From positions 15,996,001-16,060,000 of the forward strand of contig OZ024765.1 in assembly GCA_964016885.1 (NCBI GenBank): a stretch of DNA of 64,000 nucleotides. Reading direction: 5' to 3'. This document shows positions 15,128 through 28,114 of the stretch, piece after piece. The number at the start of each line of letters is the position of its first letter. The stretch's first letter is position 1. Position numbers and translations under genes: made by a program. This stretch comes from Eledone cirrhosa. Its lineage: Eukaryota. The notes beneath the pieces were generated by a model, which was not told the origin of the DNA, made no database searches, and saw only the letters and a program-made list of their open reading frames with translations.

Positions 15128-15850
15128 TCTTCCGTATTCCAAATCTTTGCTCCCAAATACAGGAAGCCCTCTACCAATTCTAGCGGCTTCCCGCCTACAT
15201 TAGTGATCCCCTCTGGCTTCTCAACATTCTCTACCAGATATTTTGTTTTAGTCTCATTCATTCTTAGCCCCACACTCATCGACACAGTCTCAACCTCCCG
15301 CATCAAATCCTCTGCCTCTTTCACTGTATTTGTCACCAAACCTATGTCGTCGGCAAATTCAACATCCGATATCTTTTTCGCCTTAACTCTCCTTCGTAAA
15401 GACCTGAAAGTCCGCCTCTTCATTGCTGTAGTGGGGTCTGTGCTGCTGTACGGGTCTGAGACTTCGACACTGACCAAGAAACTCACTCAGATCATGGATC
15501 GGTGCCACACGAGAATGCTGAGGATGGCTCTGAACATTAATCAGTATACATTGAGGATGAAAAACTCAGAGCTGTGTGGGAGCCTCCCAAATGTCAGCTC
15601 AAATGTGACACAGAGGAGATTGAGATTAAATGGACATGCTCACCGACATCCAGAGTTGACATTGCAGTCAGTGGTCCTGTGGGACCCCCTACATGGACAC
15701 ACTGGAAGGGGAAGACCAAGGTTAACGTATGTTGATACCCTAAGGACAGACACTGGTCTGTTGGAGACGCGGTGCATGGCAGCGATAATGTGGGACAGAG
15801 ACCGCTGGAGAGAACTCGTCCATTGATCTCGGGAATTTTACCCGCCCTAG
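15128..15850 (+). mobile_element. 5'-truncated RTE-clade LINE with an inverted 5' segment
   Basis: 15128-~15388 on minus encodes RT ...DVEFADDIGL...GLRMNETKTK...FLYLG. ~15389-15826 on plus encodes LLYGSET...RRLRLNGHAHRH...GRGRPRLTYVD...DRDRWRELVH*. Confidence 0.9.
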
Positions 15851-16012
15851 ATATATATATATCTATATACACACCCACACACACATATATATATATATAT
15901 ATCATAATAACAGATTCAATATTTGCTCTACGTTTTTATATATATTTATATATATATTATCATGATCGAGCCCTCTTCAGATTTTAGTCTTCACGTTTAT
16001 TATTATTATTAT

Positions 16013-16192
16013 TTGGCAGTATCGGTAGAGAGTCGGGTGCCATGCATTCCAGCATAGTTACGTCCCTTTACGGTCTGAGTTCAAATCCCGCCGAGGTTCA
16101 CTTTGCCTTTCATCCTTACGGGGTCGATAAAATAAAGTACCAGTACTGGGTCATTGCTGGCCTTGTGCCTAAAGTAGAAACAATTATTATTA
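16013..16192 (+). mobile_element. tRNA-derived SINE copy
   Basis: Same consensus as the other copies; (TTA)n on both sides. Confidence 0.88.
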
Positions 16193-17219
16193 ATGTATAT
16201 ATATATATCAATACACACACACACACATACACACGTATATATATTTATACATATGTATGTATATTGCCTTTTAAGATCCTCTGATAGAACAAAGCATCTA
16301 TAAAAGAGGAACAACTTCATGTATATACTAAAGGGGCTCTAATCTACCAATCTACTAACGTACTAATACACTAAACTACTAATACATTAGCATACACACA
16401 TGGTAAAACACTTATACACTAATATACAGCATTTTTAGCAACGTAGAACCCTGTTTATGTATTTCATCTCATGCGATCTCTGAGACTAGCTTCAATAATA
16501 AATACTTGTCACATATCGATCTCTATCGATACCTTTCTAAAGTGAGATATAAACTAATTTAACTATATACTATAAGCCTAAATAACATATATTTATTTAT
16601 TTTATCGTTTGTTTGCGTGCGTTTATCATTGTTTGTTTTTGGTGATGTTAATATATAATTCTGTTCTTTTTTTGCCTTTTAACGTAAGGTTATGTATCCA
16701 CCATTTTGAAATTTGCTATTATTTACATTGCGTGCTTATACTGACAAACTAATATTCCTGGGCTCAATGCGATTATCAATAGAGTCTTTGTTATCACATC
16801 TCTTTCTCTCGATGCTATTCTAGATACACACGCATGGCATTATATATTTGTAAACCCGTCCCCCCAAAGACATTGAGGGATGATGTGATATGTATATATA
16901 TGTATATATATATATATATTTATGTTTGTGTGTGTGAGAGTGTATATGTATTTTTATGTGATATACATATATATGTATGATATATATATATATATGATAT
17001 GCACATGCATAGAAAAAATGTTTATATATTTACATATATGTACGTACAAATGTGTGTATACCTATACATGTATGTGTATGTATATATATATATATACATG
17101 TATGTGTATGTATATATATATATATACATGTATGTGTATGTATATATATATATATATATACATGTATATATGATATAGGTATATATATGTACGTAGATAT
17201 GTGTGTATATATATTTATG

Positions 17220-17252
<33 letters not shown>

Positions 17253-17367
17253 GCATGTATATATGATATAGATATATATATGTACGTAGATATGTGTGTA
17301 TATATATATTTATGTATGTGTATGTATTTATATATACATGTATAAATGATATATGTTTATATATATG

Positions 17368-17412
<45 letters not shown>

Positions 17413-17997
17413 CGTGTATGTGTGTGTTTCCTTCTGTTGCAAATGAGTGTGTGTATATGTGTTTGAAGGTGCGTGTGTCAACCCGCGTCTATGCATCAGT
17501 GTGCGAATGCGCGCGTGTGTGTGTGTGTGAATGTGTGTGAATGCGTGTATACATGTGTGTGTTTGCATGTGTATCCATGTGTCTGTGAATGAACTACGAG
17601 AACATATTCTTCTTTAATACGATGGAAAAAAATTTTTTGTGATTTATTTGCGCTTTATCAAATTAAGTTTCACTACGTTTAACAGGGTACACGAACATGT
17701 CTAAAATGGCGGCTTTTATATCAATTCATTTCAATTCCAGTTTTCAATGATTTGATTATAATATTTCATATGCTTTAGCTTGAATTTGTCCGTTTTGTTG
17801 AAAAATATAAACAAATTTTTTCCATTTTTCACCTGGTGATTTTCGCTTCTGGCTTCTAGTGAAGTTTACTGTCTGCTGTGTTCTCTCATACTGTCAACAT
17901 TGGAGAATTGCCAAATTATGCCAAATATGCCAGATAGCTCAGAATCGCAGATATTTTATTTCTTCTTTATGTAAGCCGTACGTCTGATTATGCGTGC

Positions 17998-18041
<44 letters not shown>

Positions 18042-18044
18042 CTG

Positions 18045-18078
<34 letters not shown>

Positions 18079-18123
18079 AGTGTGTATATATACACAATTA
18101 TATATATATATATATATATATAC

Positions 18124-18188
<65 letters not shown>

Positions 18189-18345
18189 AGTGTGTATATA
18201 TACACAATTATATATATGTATAAGAAGCAGAAGGAGACTGTGTATGCATGTTAATAAATAAGCAGTTATATATATACATATGTATTTATATATACAATTA
18301 TATATATGTATATATTTATATATATGTATATATTTATATATATGC

Positions 18346-18377
<32 letters not shown>

Positions 18378-18807
18378 ATATATATGTATATACATGTATA
18401 TATATGTATATACATGTATATATATATGTATATATATGTGTATATATATGTGTATGTATATATATGTATATATACATGAGTATATGAATATATGTATATA
18501 TATGTAAATATATATATATAGGTATATATATGTATATATATATATATATATGGGTATATACATGTATATATGTATATATTTAAATTTTGTTCTGTTTAAA
18601 TTGTGAAATTCAATATAACGAAGCTGATAATAAATGTTTAGAGAATAAGTTTTGTGAAATTTCTGTTCCCTTGCCAAAAGCATATCTAATTAACTTCTAG
18701 AATCATTCTGTACGACTTCGCTTAATTAAGATTGCTCTGTAAGCAGAATCCATGCTGTTAAGCGCAACAGCAATTTAACTGGCTTAGAAATGGTGTGTAT
18801 GTGTGTG

Positions 18808-18839
<32 letters not shown>

Positions 18840-18902
18840 GGTATATATATATATATATATATATATATGGGTGTGTGTGTATATATATATATATATATAT
18901 GG

Positions 18903-18940
<38 letters not shown>

Positions 18941-19031
18941 GGGTGTGTGTGTGTATATTTTTATATATATATATGGCTGTGTGTGTGTATATTTATATAT
19001 ATATATATAAGGGTGGGTGTATATATATAGA

Positions 19032-19078
<47 letters not shown>

Positions 19079-19238
19079 GTATGTGTATGTATGAATGTAT
19101 GACTATATATATTTATATATTTATTATAAGAACAGATTTAGGCTTAAGGAAAGGTTTGCTACGTTCACCCTTAACTGGTTATAAGTCCTTATGCAAATCC
19201 CTTAGGCTTTTCGTCTTCACATTTATTATTACTATTGT

Positions 19239-19281
<43 letters not shown>

Positions 19282-19373
19282 TAAAATACCAGGTGGACAA
19301 TAACGCACAGATACTTAGGGTATTTGAGAAGCTTTAGAAACAGCTGGAGCTCAGCCGTCGGGGTCCTGACTCT

Positions 19374-20642
<1,269 letters not shown>

Positions 20643-20759
20643 TTTGGTAAGGTCATGTTGCCAATAAAAACACACGCACCAGGATTATCATTTCAGTTTA
20701 TTATATATCTCCGGTTTAATGGTTGGTTGGTTCGATAACCGTATGGTTGTTTATATATT

Positions 20760-20800
20760 GTTAAATTCTTTCGTCACACATTATGTGACCTCCTCAGTGA
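20760..20800 (-). ncRNA. Family C HHR motif
   Basis: Minus strand: CUGAGGA-G-GUCACA(UAAUG)UGUGAC-GAAA-GAAUUU; helix I degenerate. Confidence 0.5.
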
Positions 20801-20959
20801 TCCGGCTTTTATTTGTGTCTGTCCTGTGTCCTCTCCTACACCGTAATATATGTATTATATTATGTATAAATAAATGTTATATATTTTTTTTTATTTTACT
20901 ACATACATATATATAATATGCATGTATCATTTGATATTTAATATACTATTATATCATCT

Positions 20960-21976
20960 CAACCAATCTTGTTATATGGAAGTGAAACATGAACGCTTTC
21001 GTCCAAACAAAAGCACATTAATGGCATTTACACTGCTACAGACATTGGGAATCTGTCTTTCAGAACATAAGCTGGCGACATCTGCTTGAGAGAGATGTAT
21101 GCGGGCCCCCACATATCTGTCGTTGAACGTAAAAGATAGTAAGATTTGCTGGCCAGTGCCACCGTGCCACCTATGAAGCTGTGTCCCCATTATTGCTTTG
21201 GAGACCACAAGCAGTAGCTAATAATAGGGGACACAATCTCTCCTATCCCGATTTGCTGGCCACTACAGTCCGGCCACCTCTGAGACCCTTGGAGTCCCTA
21301 ATATAGTTGGACACAAGGTCTCTATCGATTTGCTGGCACAGGGCACCTCTGAAGCTGTGTCCCCATTATTGCTTTGGAGACCACAAGGAGTCACTAATAA
21401 TAGGGGGCACAAGCTCTCCTATCCCGATTTGCTGGCCACTACCGTCGGGCCACCTCTGAGGCTGTGTCCCCATTATTGCTTTGGAGACCACAAGGAGTCA
21501 CTAATAATAGGGGGCACAAGCTCTCCTATCCCGATTTGCTGGCCACTACCGTCGGGCCACCTCTGACGCTGTGTCCCCATTAGTGCTTTGGAAACCACAA
21601 GCAGTAGCTAATAATAGGTGACACAATCTCTCCTATCCCGATTTGCTGGCCACTACAGTCCGGCCACCTCTGAGACTGTGTCCCCATTAGTGCTTTGGAA
21701 ACCACAAGCAGTAGTTAATAACAGGGGGCACAAGCTCTCCTGTCCCGATTTGCTGGCCACTACCGTCGGGCCACCTCTGAGGCTGTGTCCCAATTAGTGC
21801 TTTGGAGACCACAAGCAGTCACTAATAATAGGGGGCACAAGCTCTCCTATCCCGATGGTACCTCCAGAGATCCTGCTATTGAAATCCAGGACTTGGCAAC
21901 GGCAATGAACGACAGACCCAAGTGGATATCAAATGTTGAGTCGATTTCGGCTGAGGCAGCCTGATGATGATGATGA
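20960..21976 (+). mobile_element. Degraded RTE-clade LINE 3' end with an internal ~107-bp tandem expansion (about 7 units) and a (TGA)n tail
   Basis: YGSET*...RFAGQCHR...EAVSPLLLWRP...LSYPD repeated, then ...IQDLATAMNDRPKWISNVESISAEAA* followed by (TGA)n. Confidence 0.8.
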
Positions 21977-22400
21977 TATCATCTCTACGTCCCCCTTAGT
22001 ACCCAGTGGCGCTTTGACCTTCTCAACGCCCCCCTGGGGCGGCCACGCCAAGTTTCAGAACCTCTCATATAAGATTCTACTATCAAATGTTGAGTCGATT
22101 TCGGCTGAGGCAGCCTGATGATGATGATGATGATGATATCATCTCTACGTCCCCCTTAGTACCCAGGGGCGCTTTGACCTTCTCAACGCCCCCCTGGGAC
22201 AGCCACGCCAAGTTTCAGAACCTCTCATATAAGATTATACTTACTTTGATAGTCTATTTCGGCTGAGGCAGCCTGATGATGATGATATCATCTCTACGTC
22301 GCCCTTAGTACTCAGTGGCGCTTTGACCTTCTCAACGCCCCCCTGGGGCAGCCACGCCAAGTTTCAGAACCTCTCATATAAGATTCTACTTACTTTGATA
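21928..22400. repeat. Three tandem ~150-165 bp units made of the LINE 3' end plus flanking sequence
   Basis: TTTCGGCTGAGGCAGCCTGATGATG...CAAGTTTCAGAACCTCTCATATAAGATT occurs three times. Confidence 0.85.
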
Positions 22401-22599
22401 GTGTTTACTCAGATGGACATCTTTAACACTATATGCTAGAACTGTTGTCTCGGCTCGATTCTATAACCAATTCTTTCTCTGAAAACTAAGTGTCTGTCCA
22501 TATATGGAATTTCGTTGTTGTTTATATTATTTTCTTCTTTTTCTTTTTCTTTTTCTTTTTCTTCTTTTTCTTCATCTTCTTTTTCTTTTTCTTCTGAAA

Positions 22600-23174
22600 G
22601 AAGAATTTTGGGTGAGGAGAAAGTTGATTAAACCGATACCATTGTATTACTGGTACTTTATTTTATCGACCCCGTAAGGATGAAAGGCAAAGTTAACCTC
22701 GGCGGGATTTGAACTCAAATCATAAAGGGAGGTAACTCTATGCTGCGCAGCATGGTATCTGACGCTCTACCGATACTGCATAATAAGAATAATAATTGTT
22801 TCTACTTTTGGCACAAGGCCAGCAAATACCCAGTACATTACTGGTACTTTATTTTATCAACCCCGTAAGGATGAAAGGCAAAGTTAACCTCGGCGGGATT
22901 TGAACTCAAATCATAAAGGGAGGTAACTCTATGCTACGCAGCATGGTGTCCGACTCTCTACCGATACTGCATAATAAGAATAATAATTGTTTCTACTTTT
23001 TGCACAAGGCCAGCAAAAACCCAGTACATTACTGGTACTTTATTTCATCAACCCCGTAAGGATGAAAGGCAAAGTTAACCTCGGTGGGATTTGAACTCAA
23101 ATCATAAAGGGAGGTAACTCTATACTTCAAAGCATGGCGTCCTACCCTCTACCGATACTGCCAATCCACCACCT

Positions 23175-23206
<32 letters not shown>

Positions 23207-23388
23207 GGCCAGTAATTTTGGGGGAGGGGAAAGTCGATTAGATCAACGCTAGTGCATTACTGGTACTTTGTTTTGGTACTTTATTTGATCGACCCCATAA
23301 GGATTTGAGCTCATATCATAAAGAGCCGTAACTCTATGCTGCAAAGCATGGCGTGTTACCCTCTACCGACACTGCCAATCCACCACCT

Positions 23389-23390
<2 letters not shown>
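22600..23390 (-). mobile_element. Tandem array of 4 SINE copies
   Basis: Repeated consensus separated by (AAT)n. Confidence 0.88.
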
Positions 23391-23419
<29 letters not shown>

Positions 23420-23549
23420 GAAGAAGAAGAATAGTAATGTTGATGATGATGGTGATAAGAGATTTGTTTTTTGTTGTCTGGTTGTGAGTTTCTTTGAGGG
23501 AGGGGGTGGAGCCCAATGTTAAGGAATTGGTTTGTAGCTGAAATATAGT

Positions 23550-24841
23550 TATGTGTGTATGTATGTATTTTTATGTGTGTATATTGTGTTTGTATGTGTG
23601 TGCGTTTGTGTATATATTGTATTTATATGCATGTGTGTGTATTTGTATGTGTGTGTGTTTGTGTATATATTGTATTTATATGTATGTATTTGTATGTGTG
23701 TACGTCTGTGTTTGTATGTGTGTGCGTTTGTGTATATATTGTATTTATATGTATGTGTGTGTATTTGTATGTGTGTGTGTTTGTGTATATATTGTATGTA
23801 TATGTATGTATTTGTATGTGTGTACGTCTGTGTTTGTATGTGTGTGCGTTTGTGTATATATTGTATTTATATGTATGTGTGTGTATTTGTATGTGTGTGT
23901 TTGTGTATATATTGTATTTGTATGTATGTGTTTGTATGTGTGTATGTGTGTGTGTTTGTATGTGTGTGCATTTGTGTGTATATTGTATTTATATGTATGT
24001 ATTTGTATGTGTGTGTTTGTATGTGTGTGTGTTTGTGTATATATTGTATTTGTATGTATGTGTGTATTTATTTGTATGTGTGTGTGTTTGTGTATATATT
24101 GTATTTGTATGTATGTATATGTATGTGTGTATGTGTGTGTTTGTATGTGTGTGTGGTTGTGTATGTATTGTTTTTGTATGTATGTATTTGTCTGTGTGCG
24201 TGTGGCTGCATATGTCTGTGCATGTGTGTCTCTTTATATATGTGTGTATGTGACTGCGTATGTGTGTGTGTCTCTGCATGTATATGTGTGTATGTGTATA
24301 TGTGAGTGTATGTGGTTCTATGTGTGTGTCTATGTATATATGTGTGTGCGTGCGTGTGTGTGTCTCTGTATGCAGGTGTATGTATGTGTGTGTGTTTGTG
24401 TGTTTGTCTGTGTGTGTGTATGCATGTGTGTCTCTGCATGTGTTAGTGTGTGTGTATGCGTGTGTGTTGTGTGTATGTACATATTTGTATGTGTGTATGT
24501 ATGTGTGTCTCTGTCTGTGTTAGTGTGTGTGTATGTGTGTATGTATGTGTGTGTGTCTCTGTATGTGTTAATGTGTGTGTGTGTATGTGTATGTATGTAT
24601 GTGTGTATGTATGTGTGTGCGTCTCTGTATGTGTTAGTGTGTGTGTGTATGTATGTGTATATATGTGTGTGTGTCTCTGTATGTGTTAGTGTGTGTGTGT
24701 GTGTATATGTATGTGTGTATGTATGTGTGTGTGTTAGTGTGTGTGTGTGTGACTGTATGTGTGTATGTATGTGTGTGTGTCTCTGTATGTGTTAGTGTGT
24801 GTGTGTGTGTGTGTATGTATGTGTGTGTGTCTCTGTATGTG

Positions 24842-24884
<43 letters not shown>

Positions 24885-25315
24885 GTGTGCTTGACCATAG
24901 AAATTGATAACATTGACAGCTACGATATTACCATGAACAAGAAAAAATAAAGAAAAACAACAAAGGAAAAAATATAACAATTACAACAACAACAACAGTA
25001 ACAACAACAACAACAACAACATGGTAAAAAATGTCTGCACCAGCATAAAGTATAACATCAAAAACATCCACACAAATCGTATTAACACCGATATCACCAT
25101 CACCATCACCATCACCACCATCATCACCACCATCATCATCATTACCATCATCATCATCATCACCATCATCACCATCATCACCATCATCACCACCATCATC
25201 ACCATCACCACCATCATCACCATCACGATCATCATCACCATCACCATCACCATCACCACCATCACCATCATCATCATCATCATCATCATTAACATGAGCG
25301 CCATCTGTATCATCA
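23550..25315. repeat. (TG)/(TA) compound repeat followed by (CAA)n and (CAT/CAC)n
   Basis: Direct reading. Confidence 0.92.
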
Positions 25316-25316
25316 T

Positions 25317-25875
25317 AATTGTTTCTGATTTAGGCACAATGCCAGTAAATTGAGGAGAGGGAGGGGGAAGGTCGATTAAATCGCGCCCAGTGCATTACTG
25401 GTACTTTATTTTATCGACCCCGTAAGGATGAATGGCAAAGTTAACCTCGGCGGGATTTGAACTCAGTCTGTAAAGGGATGTAACTCTATACTGCAAAGCA
25501 TGGCGTCCGGCCCTCTACCTATACTGCCAATCCACCGCCCTTATTATAAAAATTGTTTCTACTTTTGGCACAAGGCCAGTAATTTCCCCCAGTGCATTAC
25601 TGGTACTTTATTTTATCGACCCCGTAAGGATGAAAGGCAAAGTTAACCTCGGCGGGATTTGAACTCAGTCTGTAAAGGGATGTAACTCTATACTGCAAAG
25701 CATGGCGTCCGGCCCTCTACCTATACTGCCAATCCACCGCCCTTATTATAAAAATTGTTTCTACTTTTGGCACAAGGCCAGTAATTTCCCCCAGTGCATT
25801 ACTGGTACTTTATTTTATCGACCCCGTAAGGATGAAAGGCAAAGTTAACCTCGGCGGGATTTTAACTCAGATCAT
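25317..25875 (-). mobile_element. Tandem array of 3 SINE copies, 202-bp period, near-identical
   Basis: CCAGTGCATTACTGG at 25387, 25589 and 25791. Confidence 0.9.
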
Positions 25876-25940
25876 ATACATCTGTACTACAGACAGCAGT
25901 ATTAATCTGTTGATCAATATCAATATATGTATATAGATAT

Positions 25941-25971
<31 letters not shown>

Positions 25972-26208
25972 TACTATCCTAAGTATTGAGTACTCTGCTC
26001 CGTTATGGTCCGTCTGGTTCCTTACCACAACTCCTTTGTTATATATATATATATATATATATAGAAGCGGTTACACAACAGTTAGTTCACCATACTGCCG
26101 AACAACTGTTTCACCTGAACGGATCTTCAGCTCGTAATTACGAGCTACCTAACTCGTCCCATGAACTGAGTGCTCTACCACTGCGGATATTTCCTTCCAG
26201 TGTTCTAC

Positions 26209-26262
<54 letters not shown>

Positions 26263-26267
<5 letters not shown>

Positions 26268-26467
26268 AAAATGTTAGACGCCGACGGCAGAGCTGAAACC
26301 GTTTAGACGGCTATTTCTGGACTAAATTCAGTCCAGAAATAGCCGTCGAAAAGGCTTCAGCTCTGCAGTCGGGGCGCAGCATTTTCCTATTACCCACTCT
26401 ACTACCCTAAGTATTTAAGTACTCTGGTGCGTTATGGTCCATCTGGTTTCTTACCGCATCCCCTTCG

Positions 26468-26470
<3 letters not shown>
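26263..26470 (+). mobile_element. TA-flanked palindromic element (family E) containing the 3' half of an HHR
   Basis: Inverted repeat ~26263-26389 centred on GGACT-AAATTC-AGTCC. Relatives at ~19283-19377, ~25972-26040, ~54207-54372 and ~59855-60020. Confidence 0.7.
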
Positions 26471-26505
<35 letters not shown>

Positions 26506-26624
26506 ATACTTTGGGAGAGTCATGTTGCCAATAAGAAATACACGTACCAGTTACTTTCACTTCAATTTATTATAAATTTCCGGTTGGTTGGTTGGTTCCA
26601 CAACCGGATGGTTCTTCATATATT

Positions 26625-26667
26625 GTCAAAGTTCTTTCGTCACACATTATGCGACCTCTTCAGTGAC
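26625..26667 (-). ncRNA. Family C type I HHR motif (best-preserved copy)
   Basis: Minus strand: GUCA-CUGAAGA-G-GUCGCA(UAAUG)UGUGAC-GAAA-GAAC-UU-UGAC. Confidence 0.72.
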
Positions 26668-26829
26668 TGGGGATTATTTTCTTTGTTTTGTGCCCCTCCT
26701 TTGTTCTGTTCTACGTCATGTTGATTTTGTGTGTGCTGTGTGCTTAGTTTGCGCATGCAATACATCCGGGTGTCTACCAGTCTCTCTCTCTTTTTTTTTT
26801 CTGTGTATATATATATATATATATATAGG

Positions 26830-27940
26830 TTGTTCCTGTGTTTTTTTGTATTACTTTATTGCAGTTGTTATTGTTGGTGTTATTGTTGTTGTTATAGTTA
26901 TTGTTGCTGTTGCTGTTGCTGTTCTTTGTTGTTTCTGCTGTTGTTGCTTTTACTATTGTTACTGTTGTTGATGTTGCTGCTGCTGTTACTGTTGTTATTG
27001 TTGTTGTTACAGCTATTGTTGTTGTTACAGCTATTGTTGTTGATGTTTTTACTGTTGTCATTCTGTTGTCATTGTTGTTGTTGTTACTATTGTTACTGTT
27101 GTTATTGTTGTTACTGTTGTTGTTACTGCTGTTGTGTTACTGCTGTTGTTGTTATAGTTATTGTTGTTTATGTTGTTGTAGATGTTGTTTTTGTTGTTAT
27201 TTCTGTTACTTTTATTGTTGTTCCTGTTTTTATTGCTGTTACTGTTATTGTTGTTGTTATTGTTGTTATTGCTGTTACTGTTGTTATTGTTGTTATTGCT
27301 GTTACTGTTATTGTTGTTGTTATTGTTGTTGTTAGTGTTGTTATTGTTGTTGTGTTGCCATTTCTTATCTGTTACAGACCGATAAACTGGTGACTTAAAA
27401 CAGATATATAGAAATATGAAATCTAATCTTACCAAACAACTAGACATAGATATAATATAGTGGCGGTGTGGTGGTGGTGTGGTGTGGGGGTGGTGTTGTG
27501 GTAGTGTGGTGGTGGTGGTGTGTTGGTAGCGTGGTGTGGTGGTGGTGTTATTGGTATGGTGTGGTGGTAGTGTGATGTGGTTGTGGTGTGGTGGTGGTGT
27601 GGTCTGGTGGTTGTGTATTGGTGTTGTGGTGGTGTTGTGGTGGTGGTGGTGTGGTGTGTTGTGTGGTTGGTATGGTGATGGTGGTGGTGTGGTGTGTTGT
27701 TGAAGTGGTGGTTGTCTGGTTGGTATGGTGATGGTGGTGGTGTGGTGTGTTGGTGAAGTGGTGGTGGTGTGGTGTGTTGTTGAAATGGTGGTCGTGTGGT
27801 TGGTATGGTGTGTTGGTGGTGTAGTCTGGTGGTGGTGTTGTGGTGTATTGGTGTTGTTGTTGTTGTGGTGGTGGCGTGGTAAGGAGGTTAGTGGTGGTGT
27901 GTTGGTGGTGTGGTGTTGTCGTGGTGGTGTGCTAAGTGTT
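26830..27940. repeat. (GTT)n and (GGT/GTGTG)n low-complexity tracts
   Basis: Direct reading. Confidence 0.88.
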
Positions 27941-28114
27941 TTGCATGATGTGTATTGTCCATGGTGTGTGTGTGTTGATGCTGTGGTGTGTTTGTGTGAT
28001 AGTGTGTATTGGAGATGTTGTGCTGTCGTGTAGCTATGTAACAGTGGTTGCTGGTGTGTTATGTTGCCGTGTAATTGTGAAACGGTGGCGGTGTATATAT
28101 ATTGTGGTGGGTTC

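Noticed and set aside
21961-22290. CTGATGA matches as HHR cores
   Set aside because: They are the stop codon plus (TGA)n tail of an RTE LINE, with no helix II or GAAA in register.
22394-22478. Minus-strand exon with strong splice signals (TTTTCAG...GTAAGT)
   Set aside because: Stops in all three frames, and the donor lies within a tandemly repeated unit.
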